Below, piece after piece: positions 1-8,646 of a DNA stretch of 64,000 nt. The notes beneath the pieces are model-generated. The model was not told where the DNA came from, searched no databases, and saw only the letters and a program-made list of their open reading frames with translations. The stretch is from NCBI GenBank assembly GCA_902586925.1, contig CACIJE010000001.1, positions 78,104-142,103 of the forward strand. The letters run 5' to 3'. This DNA comes from an uncultured SAR86 cluster bacterium. Its GTDB lineage: Bacteria; Pseudomonadota; Gammaproteobacteria; Magnimaribacterales; D2472. The translations under genes were made by a program, and so were the position numbers. Positions within the stretch are counted from its first letter, which is position 1. Every line of letters begins with the position of its first letter.

Positions 1-1
1 A

Positions 2-1210
2 GCTGGTGGTGACTTGAGTGTGGGAAACAATAAGAGTGATTCACCCCCTATTGCTCCAAGTCTTCAACAAGGTCATTTTGCTTCAACAGGGCGTTTTTTT
101 TATGAAATGACTGAATTATCAAAAATGAGAATTCCAGTAATATCAGTTGTATTTGGCTCATCAACCGCAGGTGGCGCATATCAGCCAGGAATGTCCGACT
201 ACAATATTTTTATTAAAGATCAGTCCAAGGCTTTTCTTGCAGGTCCTCCATTAGTAAAAATGGCTACTGGTGAAGAGTCTGATGACGAAACACTTGGAGG
301 TGCGAAAATGCACTCTGAGGTTTCCGGACTTTCTGATTATTTGGCTGAAGATGAAATGGATGCACTTAGAATTTGTAGAGAGGTAGTATCACACTTAAAT
401 TGGTCAAAAAAAGGTCCTGAACCTAAAATAAAGTCAATTAAACCAGAATATGATAAAAATGAATTATTAGGCATTTTAAGTGAAGATCTTAAATCGGCTG
501 TGGATATAAAAGAAATTATCGCAAGATTTGTTGATGGATCCAGATTTGAAGAATTTAAACCACTTTATGGCTCATCTTTAGTATGTGGCTGGGCTTCTGT
601 TCATGGTTATCAAATAGGTATTATCGGTAACAATGGTCCCATCTACCCTGAATCTGCAGAAAAAGGGGCTACTTTTATTCAACTTTGTAATAAGAGAGAT
701 ATACCTATTATATTTTTACATAACGTAACAGGATTTCTTGTAGGTAAAGATTTTGAGAGGCAAGGTATTATTAAAAAAGGCTCCCAACTTATAAATGCTG
801 TTTCAAACTCAATGGTTCCGCACATAACATTTATAGTTGGCGCTTCATATGGAGCTGGAACATATGCGATGTCAGGAAAAGCTTTTAATAATAGATTTAC
901 ATTTTTATGGCCTACTGCAAAAATTGCTGTGATGGGTCCTGAACAAATGGCTGGTGTTATGTCTATTGTAAGACAAGCTAAAGCCAAAAGAGATGGAAAA
1001 AAGTTTGATAAAAAAGCCGACGAACAACTTAAAGCAATGGTAATTGATTATCTTGAAAAATTATCACATGGTCTTGTTGCAAGTAGTATGCTTACTGACG
1101 ATGGAATTATCGATCCTAGAGATACAAGAGATGTTATTGGATTTTGCCTCTCTATTGTAAGTAATAATGTTATTAAAGGTGCTAAGGAATATGGAGTTTT
1201 TAGATTATGA
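2..1210 (+). CDS. Acyl-CoA carboxylase carboxyltransferase (beta) subunit, methylcrotonyl-/geranyl-CoA carboxylase type. The 5' end is cut by the window edge.
   Basis: The frame is open from nt 2 (AGGD precedes the listed TTG at 14). The translation resembles the C-terminal ~400 aa of MccB/AtuC-type carboxyltransferases (PVISVVFGSSTAGGAYQPGMSD, GIIGNNG, ITFIVGASYGAGTYAMSG). The stop overlaps the start of the next gene (ATGA at 1207-1210). Confidence 0.85.
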   Translation, partial: AGGDLSVGNNKSDSPPIAPSLQQGHFASTGRFFYEMTELSKMRIPVISVVFGSSTAGGAYQPGMSDYNIFIKDQSKAFLAGPPLVKMATGEESDDETLGGAKMHSEVSGLSDYLAEDEMDALRICREVVSHLNWSKKGPEPKIKSIKPEYDKNELLGILSEDLKSAVDIKEIIARFVDGSRFEEFKPLYGSSLVCGWASVHGYQIGIIGNNGPIYPESAEKGATFIQLCNKRDIPIIFLHNVTGFLVGKDFERQGIIKKGSQLINAVSNSMVPHITFIVGASYGAGTYAMSGKAFNNRFTFLWPTAKIAVMGPEQMAGVMSIVRQAKAKRDGKKFDKKADEQLKAMVIDYLEKLSHGLVASSMLTDDGIIDPRDTRDVIGFCLSIVSNNVIKGAKEYGVFRL

Positions 1211-3129
1211 TCTTTGATTCATTATTGATTGCTAATAGGGGTGAAATTGCATGTAGGATTATAAAAACTGCCAAAGAAATGGGCATCAGATCAATTGCTA
1301 TTTATGTTGATGCTGACAAAGATGCTCCTTTTGTAAATCAAGCAGATGAGTCGATTAGATTAGAAGATGGTGGTTATCTTAATGGGAATCAAATTATTGA
1401 GGCTGCGAAAAAGACTGGGGCTCAAGCAATTCATCCAGGTTATGGTTTTTTATCGGAAAATGCTTCTTTTGCAAGAAAAGTTAAAAAAGAAAATATAATT
1501 TGGATTGGGCCATCTCCTAATGTTATATCAGTAATGGGTGATAAATTAAAAGCAAAAGAATTAGCAGTTAAGGCTGATGTACCTACCCTACCAATGACAT
1601 CAAAACCTAATGAAGCAAAAAAGATTGGCTACCCTCTTCTAATTAAGGCAGCAGCAGGTGGTGGTGGTAAAGGAATGAGAATTGTTGATAAAGAGAAAGA
1701 TTTAAAAGAATCAATAATCAGTGCACAAAGAGAAGCTAAAAGTGGTTTTAATGATGAAAGAATATTTATTGAAAGATACGTAGAAAAATCTAGGCATATC
1801 GAAATACAAATTTTAGGCGACTCATTTGGAAACATTGTTCACTTAGGAGAAAGAGAGTGTTCAATTCAGAGAAGACACCAAAAAATAATTGAGGAATCTC
1901 CATCTCCAAGGATCTCAGATGAGGTTAGAAAAAATATGGGTGATGCTGCAGTAAAGCTGGCAAAACAAATAAAATATGAATCAGCTGGTACTGTAGAATT
2001 TTTGTTTGATGATAGGACGGAAGAATTCTGGTTTTTAGAAGTCAATACAAGATTACAAGTTGAACATCCAGTTACAGAGGAAGTTACCGGAATAGACCTT
2101 GTTAGTGAACAACTCAAAATAGCTAGAGGTGAGCCTCTGGGGTTCTCTCAAGAAGAAATTACCTGGACAGGTTCATCTATTGAAGCAAGACTGTATGCAG
2201 AAGATCCAAATAATGATTTCCTTCCTGAAATTGGAACCTTAATAGCGTTTGAAAAAAATAAATCTGCCGAGGCTAGATGGGATTCGGGTGTTAAAACCGG
2301 AACAATAGTAGGTACTGATTTTGACCCAATGCTTGCAAAAATAATTACATTCGCTACTAATAGAACTGATGCAGCAAGCAAATTAGCCAAGGCACTCGAA
2401 TCTGCACATATTGGTGGTGTAAAAACAAATAGAGATTTTTTAATTAACTGTTTAAAAACTAAAGAATTCCTTGAAGGAGATACTACGTCTGATTTTATTG
2501 AAAGGGTAAATCCAAGCAGGAAGCTTGAAATTAATAAAGCTGAAATTGAACACGTAACTGCAATTGCGGCTATGTGGATACAACAACAAAATAGAAATAA
2601 TTCAAACGTTGCTAAATTTATGCCGTCTGGTTGGACGAATGGAAGATTGCCAAATCAAAAAATAACTTTTGAATTTGAAAATAAGGAATATATTGTTGAA
2701 TACAAACAGCAAAATAATAATAAATTTTTATTTTCATCTAATAAAGAGGCTTTTATTTATTCAGAGGATAAGAATGGAATTGATTTAGTTTTCGATAACA
2801 AAAGAGCTTATTTTCGCGTTACAGTCTCTGACAGCAACATTTTAGTCCATATGCCATATGGAGATATTATGCTTGAACTAAAACCAAGGTTTAGGATGCC
2901 TGGCACAGAAACTGCAATTGGAGGTCTTGTTGCTCCAATGCCTGGAAAAGTAATTGACCTAAAAGTAAAAAAAGGTAAAAAAGTCAAAGTTGGTGATACT
3001 TTAGTCATTCTAGAGGCAATGAAAATGGAGCATTCTATTAAAGCCTCAGAAGATGGGACAGTCTCAGAACTATTTATTTCGATAAATGACCAAGTTGAAA
3101 ACGGTGCCCTATTAATGGTTGTTAAGTAA
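1207..3129 (+). CDS. Acyl-CoA carboxylase alpha subunit (biotin carboxylase ATP-grasp domain plus C-terminal biotinyl carrier domain), MccA/AtuF-like
   Basis: Glycine-rich ATP-grasp loop KAAAGGGGKGMR, the motif EVNTRLQVEHPVTE, and a C-terminal biotinylation motif EAMKMEH. Translationally coupled to the beta subunit. Confidence 0.9.
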   Translation: MIFDSLLIANRGEIACRIIKTAKEMGIRSIAIYVDADKDAPFVNQADESIRLEDGGYLNGNQIIEAAKKTGAQAIHPGYGFLSENASFARKVKKENIIWIGPSPNVISVMGDKLKAKELAVKADVPTLPMTSKPNEAKKIGYPLLIKAAAGGGGKGMRIVDKEKDLKESIISAQREAKSGFNDERIFIERYVEKSRHIEIQILGDSFGNIVHLGERECSIQRRHQKIIEESPSPRISDEVRKNMGDAAVKLAKQIKYESAGTVEFLFDDRTEEFWFLEVNTRLQVEHPVTEEVTGIDLVSEQLKIARGEPLGFSQEEITWTGSSIEARLYAEDPNNDFLPEIGTLIAFEKNKSAEARWDSGVKTGTIVGTDFDPMLAKIITFATNRTDAASKLAKALESAHIGGVKTNRDFLINCLKTKEFLEGDTTSDFIERVNPSRKLEINKAEIEHVTAIAAMWIQQQNRNNSNVAKFMPSGWTNGRLPNQKITFEFENKEYIVEYKQQNNNKFLFSSNKEAFIYSEDKNGIDLVFDNKRAYFRVTVSDSNILVHMPYGDIMLELKPRFRMPGTETAIGGLVAPMPGKVIDLKVKKGKKVKVGDTLVILEAMKMEHSIKASEDGTVSELFISINDQVENGALLMVVK

Positions 3130-3136
3130 TTGTTAA

Positions 3137-3751
3137 ATGCAAAATATTGGATATAGAAAAAGTTCTTTTAATACAAAAACTAATAGAATTTATACAAAAA
3201 GACATAACGAAATCATTGACGCTCTTGAAGTATTGTTAGAATCAGGTGTTCCAAATCTGACGATGTCTGAAATAGCAAAAAAACTTAAGATTTCTTTAAG
3301 AACACTATATGAAATTGCACCAAGCAGAGACGAATTAATTTTAATGACAATGGATAATATCCTAAAAAAATTAGGTAAATTTGCTATGGATTCTGTATCA
3401 GAAATTCACTCTCCTGTAGAAAAATTAGAAGAATATTTGATGATTGTTAATCAAGCTGTTGGTCCAAAATTTGACAGATTTCTAAAAGACATGGAAAAAA
3501 TAAATGGCTCAAAGATGACTGCAGATTATCATGAGAACTTCATAAAAAATTTTATTAAAGAACTTTTAGAGCAAGCTATTAAGAAAAAAGAAATTAAGGC
3601 TATTGACGTAAAAGCTTTTGCTATCCTCTTAGGAGGAATTGGAAGAGAATTTTTTAAAGAAGAAAACAAAAGATCTATTAATTTTAGCCCTGAAGAATCT
3701 GCAAATTCAATAACAAGTATTATTTTGAATGGTATAAAACTTAAAAACTAA
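3137..3751 (+). CDS. TetR-family transcriptional regulator (AtuR/LiuR-like by context)
   Basis: About 200 aa with an N-terminal helix-turn-helix-like segment LTMSEIAKKLKISLRTLYEIAPSRDEL. Embedded in the acyl-CoA cluster. Confidence 0.6.
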   Translation: MQNIGYRKSSFNTKTNRIYTKRHNEIIDALEVLLESGVPNLTMSEIAKKLKISLRTLYEIAPSRDELILMTMDNILKKLGKFAMDSVSEIHSPVEKLEEYLMIVNQAVGPKFDRFLKDMEKINGSKMTADYHENFIKNFIKELLEQAIKKKEIKAIDVKAFAILLGGIGREFFKEENKRSINFSPEESANSITSIILNGIKLKN

Positions 3752-5523
3752 TGGGAAAGGAATTTATAACAATTGCAAATTGCAGTGGATTTTATGGTGA
3801 TAAATTATCTGCAGCAAGAGAAATGGTTAATGGAGGACCTATTGATGTTCTTACTGGAGATTATCTAGCTGAATTAACTATGGCTATTCTTTTTAGTCAA
3901 AAAATGAAAAGAGGTGAAAATAAAGGTTATGTTGGAACTTTTTTAAAACAAATCAAAGAAATTGCAAAATCCTGCAAAGAGAAAAATATTAAAATTGTCA
4001 GTAATGCTGGTGGATTAAATCCGAAATCGATGGCGTTAGAAATTGAAAATATTTTAAATGAGCAATCCATAGATATGAAGGTTGCTTATATAGATGGCGA
4101 TGACTTAATGCCAAAAATTCATGATTTAACAAAATTGGGAGAGGAATTCAAAAATATAGAAAAAAATATTAAGTTAAACGACTCGAATTTTTCTCCTTTA
4201 ACTGCAAATGCATACCTTGGAGCATGGGGTATTAAAACAGCTTTAGATAATGGAGCAGATATTGTTGTTTGTCCAAGAGTTACAGATGCTGCAGTAGTAA
4301 TCGGTCCCGCAGCTTGGAAATTTGAATGGGACAGAAATAATTATGACGCTTTAGCAGGAGCACTTGCTGCTGGTCATATCATTGAATGTGGTTGTCAGGC
4401 AACTGGTGGAAATTTCGCGTTCTTCAAGGAAGTTCCTAGTTTTGATAATGTTGGCTATCCAATTGCTGAGATATACAAAGATGGGAGTTTTAATATTACA
4501 AAACATCCTGACACAGGTGGTTTGGTTTCTGAAGGTACTGTGACTGCTCAACTTTTATATGAAATAAGCTCGCCAGCTTATATAAATCCAGATGTCATAG
4601 CTCACTTTGATACATTAAAAATTAAACAGATCGAAAAAGATAAAGTTCATGTTTCAGGATGTAGAGGAAGTTCTCCGCCAGATAAACATAAAGTTTGTAT
4701 TAATCTTGCGGGAGGATTTAGAAATGGTATGGAAATCATTCTTACTGGTTTGGATATTGAAGATAAAGCAAAAGTTTTTACAGATGCGTTATTTAAGTCT
4801 GTTGGCGGAAAAGAACAATTTGATGAAGTTTCAATTCAACTTCACAGAACAGACAAAGAAAATCCATCAAGTAATGAGGAAGCAATGGCTTCATTGCTAG
4901 TCTCTGTTAAATCTCAAGATCAAAATTTAGTGGGAAGAATTTTTAGCGCAAAAATAATTGAACTTGCTCTCGCAAATATACCAGGTTTTTTTGCGCAGAG
5001 CGGGATTAAACCAAGTGGTCCAGTTATAGTCTATTGGCCCGCATTAGTGGACAGCAAGCACATAAAAGAAAAGGTAAATTTTAATGGAAATCAGATTGAG
5101 GTGTTACCAACAAGTCAACTAGAGTTTGAAGAGATTTACTATCAAAAAGAGCCTATAAAAATTGAAGATATTGAGATAAAAAATCAAAAAGACATCTATT
5201 TTGGTCAAATTTTTGGAACAAGATCTGGTGACAAAGGAGGTTGTGCGAATCTAGGAGTTTGGGCAAAAAATTCAACTTCATTTGCGTTTCTTCATAAATT
5301 TTTGACAGTAGAAAAGCTAAAAGAACTACTTCCTGATCTGATGCAATTTAGGGTAGAAAGATTTGAATTAGCCAATATTAATTCACTTAATTTTTACATT
5401 CATGACATATTGCAAGATGGTATTTCATCTAATGACAGAAAAGATGGTCAAGCAAAGTCCTTAGGTGAATATTTGAGAGCAAAAAAAATAAAAGTGCCAC
5501 AAAGTATTATTGAGGATAATTAA
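3751..5523 (+). CDS. AtuA-like acyclic terpene utilisation family protein (DUF1446, long fused form)
   Basis: The N-terminus IANCSGFYGDKLSAAREMVNGGPIDVLTGDYLAELTMAILF matches my recollection of the DUF1446/AtuA signature. At 590 aa it is similar in length to Pseudomonas AtuA. TAATG overlap with the TetR gene. Confidence 0.7.
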   Translation: MGKEFITIANCSGFYGDKLSAAREMVNGGPIDVLTGDYLAELTMAILFSQKMKRGENKGYVGTFLKQIKEIAKSCKEKNIKIVSNAGGLNPKSMALEIENILNEQSIDMKVAYIDGDDLMPKIHDLTKLGEEFKNIEKNIKLNDSNFSPLTANAYLGAWGIKTALDNGADIVVCPRVTDAAVVIGPAAWKFEWDRNNYDALAGALAAGHIIECGCQATGGNFAFFKEVPSFDNVGYPIAEIYKDGSFNITKHPDTGGLVSEGTVTAQLLYEISSPAYINPDVIAHFDTLKIKQIEKDKVHVSGCRGSSPPDKHKVCINLAGGFRNGMEIILTGLDIEDKAKVFTDALFKSVGGKEQFDEVSIQLHRTDKENPSSNEEAMASLLVSVKSQDQNLVGRIFSAKIIELALANIPGFFAQSGIKPSGPVIVYWPALVDSKHIKEKVNFNGNQIEVLPTSQLEFEEIYYQKEPIKIEDIEIKNQKDIYFGQIFGTRSGDKGGCANLGVWAKNSTSFAFLHKFLTVEKLKELLPDLMQFRVERFELANINSLNFYIHDILQDGISSNDRKDGQAKSLGEYLRAKKIKVPQSIIEDN

Positions 5524-5524
5524 A

Positions 5525-6310
5525 ATGAAAAAGCTATCACTTAAGGGTCTTCAGTTTTCAGCAACTGAAATAAATATAAAAAATAATATTATGGAAATTA
5601 CGCTAAATAGGCCTGAGAAAAAAAATGCATTAAGTAGTGTAATGATGAATGAGATTAACTATGCTTTAGCTTATGCAAAACAGGAAGATACTATTCGTGT
5701 AGTAGTTTTTGCGGCAAAGGGAGATATTTTTTGTGCTGGCGCAGATTTATCTAATTCAAAGTCTGAATCAAATGTACCAAAACTAGAAAATGCTGATGAC
5801 ATAAGTCTTTCTTTAAGACATTTATTTAAGCCAGTCATATCTAAAATCCAAGGGTCAGTTTTGGCGGGTGCTCTTTTAATTGTATGTAACTCAACTCATG
5901 CTATTGCTGTAAGAGAAGCAACCTTTTCAGCACCAGAGATACATAGAGGATTATGGCCTTTTATGGTCATGGCGGGTTTATTTAGAGTTATGCCTAAAAG
6001 AGCCGGTCTTGACTTCATAATGAGAGGAAAACCTATTGATTCGAAAAAAGCAGAAGAATGGGGTTTGATAAATGAATGTGTTAAAAAAGAAGAACTTAAT
6101 GAAAAAGTTGATAAACTTGCTAATGAGCTTGCAAGTTTAGCGCCTGAAACAATGAAATTTGGTCTTGAGGCTTATGAGAAGCAAGATTCAAAAAGTTTTG
6201 ATGATGCCCTTCCATACTTAAAAGAACAAATTGCTAAGTGTTTTGAAGGAAAAGATGCTAAAGAAGGAATAGCTGCATTTCTTGAAAAAAGGAAACCAAA
6301 CTGGGACTAA
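5525..6310 (+). CDS. Enoyl-CoA hydratase/isomerase (crotonase) family, LiuC/AtuE-like by context
   Basis: Crotonase motif VVVFAAKGDIFCAGADLS. I prefer the ATG at 5525, which has GAGGA 8 nt upstream (5512-5516), over the TTG at 5510 listed in the ORF track. Confidence 0.8.
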   Translation: MKKLSLKGLQFSATEINIKNNIMEITLNRPEKKNALSSVMMNEINYALAYAKQEDTIRVVVFAAKGDIFCAGADLSNSKSESNVPKLENADDISLSLRHLFKPVISKIQGSVLAGALLIVCNSTHAIAVREATFSAPEIHRGLWPFMVMAGLFRVMPKRAGLDFIMRGKPIDSKKAEEWGLINECVKKEELNEKVDKLANELASLAPETMKFGLEAYEKQDSKSFDDALPYLKEQIAKCFEGKDAKEGIAAFLEKRKPNWD

Positions 6311-6322
6311 TTAGAAAAAATT

Positions 6323-7549
6323 ATGGATTTAAATTTTAGCAAAGAGCATAAAGATTTTACTAGTGAAGTAAAAGACTTTTGTAAAAAATATTCTGGTATT
6401 CATTTCTCAGACTCCACTAAAGTACCACTATCGGGTTCATTTAAATCTGGCGAAATTAAAATGAAGAGATCAGATTGGCAAAAGATTCTTATTGAAAAAG
6501 GTTATTTTGCAAGATCCATTCCAACAGAATACGGAGGTTTTGGTGGGGAAAGTGACATCATTAAAACAAGAATTATTGCAGAAGAATTTGCAAAAGCAAA
6601 AATCCCTCCTCCAATGGGTGGTCAAGGTATAGACATGTTAGTTCCAACGCTTTTAGAACTTGGCACTGAGGAGCAAAAACAAAAATATGTGAAGTCGACA
6701 CTGCTTGGCGAAATTATTTGGTGTCAAGGCTACTCAGAGCCAAATGCTGGCAGTGATCTTGCAAATCTGCAAACAAAAGGAGAATTAATAAATGGGAACT
6801 GGATTATAAATGGTCAAAAAATCTGGACCAGTACTGCTCAGTATTCACAGATGATGTTTTGTTTGGTCAGAACTGAACCTAATGCGTCAAAACATGCTGG
6901 AATAAGCTACTTACTAATTCCAATGGATACTCCTGGAATTGAGATAAGACCTTTAGTTGATATGACGCTTAATGCTGGATTCAATGAGGTATTTTTTACA
7001 GATGTAACAATTCCAGAGAATAATATTGTTGGAAAACGAGGTGAAGGCTGGGCTGTTGCAAATGCAACATTAAGTCATGAAAGAGGCTCTCTTTCTGATC
7101 CCAACGCTATGATGAACAGATTGAAATCTCTTATAGAAAGAATGAAAAAAGAAACTATAAATGGTGAATTAGCTATTAATAATCCAGTATACAGAGATAA
7201 ATTAATGAAAATCCAAGGAAAAGTTATTGCTTTTCAATCTAATTCTTTGAGAGTTCTATCAGCAAAACTAAATAAAAATCAAGATGTAAAGATTGCTGGA
7301 ATGATACAGAAACTCGTTGGTACTGAATTGAGACATGAGCTTGAGGGTTTTGCAATAGATATTATGGGTGAATTAGGAACACTGTATGAAAATAGTCCAA
7401 ATATAAGAGATGGTGGTTCATGGCAAGTCGCATACATGTATTTTCTTGGATTGATAATTGGGGGTGGTACTAGTCAAATACAAAAAAATATTATCTCAGA
7501 AAGAGGTCTTGGTATGCCAAAAGAACCAAAGATGCCTCAGGGAGCATAA
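6323..7549 (+). CDS. Acyl-CoA dehydrogenase family protein (FadE-like)
   Basis: Full ACAD architecture: ...WCQGYSEPNAGSDLA..., ...WTSTAQYS..., and a C-terminal IIGGGTSQIQKNIISERGLGMP. Confidence 0.85.
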   Translation: MDLNFSKEHKDFTSEVKDFCKKYSGIHFSDSTKVPLSGSFKSGEIKMKRSDWQKILIEKGYFARSIPTEYGGFGGESDIIKTRIIAEEFAKAKIPPPMGGQGIDMLVPTLLELGTEEQKQKYVKSTLLGEIIWCQGYSEPNAGSDLANLQTKGELINGNWIINGQKIWTSTAQYSQMMFCLVRTEPNASKHAGISYLLIPMDTPGIEIRPLVDMTLNAGFNEVFFTDVTIPENNIVGKRGEGWAVANATLSHERGSLSDPNAMMNRLKSLIERMKKETINGELAINNPVYRDKLMKIQGKVIAFQSNSLRVLSAKLNKNQDVKIAGMIQKLVGTELRHELEGFAIDIMGELGTLYENSPNIRDGGSWQVAYMYFLGLIIGGGTSQIQKNIISERGLGMPKEPKMPQGA

Positions 7550-7550
7550 T

Positions 7551-8639
7551 ATGTATTTTGGATTATCTGATGACCAAATTTTCTTTCAAGATAACGTTAA
7601 AAAATTTCTTGAAGATACTGCTCCTATAGATGTCATAAGAAAGGTTACAAACGGACAAGACAAATCTTGCAAAGATGATTTACATAAGGGTATCGTAAAC
7701 CTTGGTATAAATAACATTTTAATTCCAGAGGAAAATGGTGGTCTTGGACTTGACTTACTTTTCGCTACTGCGGTCTCGCAAAGTCTTGGAGAAGGTGTTG
7801 CAACTCTTCCATTTATTGGATCTTACGTAATGGCTCCTATAACAATTAAATATGGCGCTAACGATAGTCAAAAAAAAATTTATTTTGATGAAATGTCAAA
7901 GAATTCAATTAATTTTAGTGTTGGATTTTCTGAATTCTTTGGATCAAGAAATGAATCAAATTTAGTTTTTTCGGAGAATAAAGTAAATGGAAGAACTTTT
8001 TTTGTAATTGATAATGATTATGCAACACATGTGATGTTGTCTGATAAAAAGGGTCAAATAGGAATTGTAAATCTTAAATCGGCAGGAATAAAAGAAGTTG
8101 ATTTAATAACAGTTGATAAAACCAGAATTTTTAGAGAAATTCGTTTTAATGATACTGAAATTGATATTTTAAAAAATACCTTAAATTCAAAAGAAGCTAT
8201 AAGCAACGCAATTGATGCAGGTAGAATAGTTACTGCTGCGGATTCACTTGGTGCCTCGAAAGCTATGATTGATAAGGCTGTAGATTACTCCAAAGATAGA
8301 AAACAATTTAATAGAGTAATTGGCTCATTCCAAGCAGTTAAGCATATGTGTGCAGAAATGGCCTCCGAATTAGAACCATGCTATTCATTAGTTTGGCATG
8401 CAGCACATTCATTTGATTGCAATGATGATGATAAAAAGCTTATGGCATGTCATGCTAAGTCCCATACTTCCGATGTTTCTAAAATGATCTCAAAAAAAGC
8501 AACAGAAGTTCATGGTGGAATGGGATTTACAGACTTGTTAGGATTACATTATTGGTTCAAAAGAATCGGTGTTAATAGACAAATCTTAGGTACGCCAGAT
8601 TTAGTTAGAGAAGAAGCTGCTAAAGCACAGAATTTATAA
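7551..8639 (+). CDS. Acyl-CoA dehydrogenase family protein (second, shorter, divergent partner)
   Basis: ACAD C-terminal domain (DRKQFNRVIGSFQAVKHMCAEM, EVHGGMGFT). The ATG at 7551 lies 1 nt after the stop of the upstream ACAD. The track's start at 7458 would overlap that gene by 92 nt. Confidence 0.75.
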   Translation: MYFGLSDDQIFFQDNVKKFLEDTAPIDVIRKVTNGQDKSCKDDLHKGIVNLGINNILIPEENGGLGLDLLFATAVSQSLGEGVATLPFIGSYVMAPITIKYGANDSQKKIYFDEMSKNSINFSVGFSEFFGSRNESNLVFSENKVNGRTFFVIDNDYATHVMLSDKKGQIGIVNLKSAGIKEVDLITVDKTRIFREIRFNDTEIDILKNTLNSKEAISNAIDAGRIVTAADSLGASKAMIDKAVDYSKDRKQFNRVIGSFQAVKHMCAEMASELEPCYSLVWHAAHSFDCNDDDKKLMACHAKSHTSDVSKMISKKATEVHGGMGFTDLLGLHYWFKRIGVNRQILGTPDLVREEAAKAQNL

Positions 8640-8646
8640 TTATTAA

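Noticed and set aside
7458-7550. A 31-codon N-terminal extension of the second acyl-CoA dehydrogenase, as listed in the ORF track.
   Set aside because: The extension overlaps the conserved C-terminus of the upstream ACAD by 92 nt. The ATG at 7551 begins 1 nt after the upstream stop and gives a normal ACAD N-terminus.
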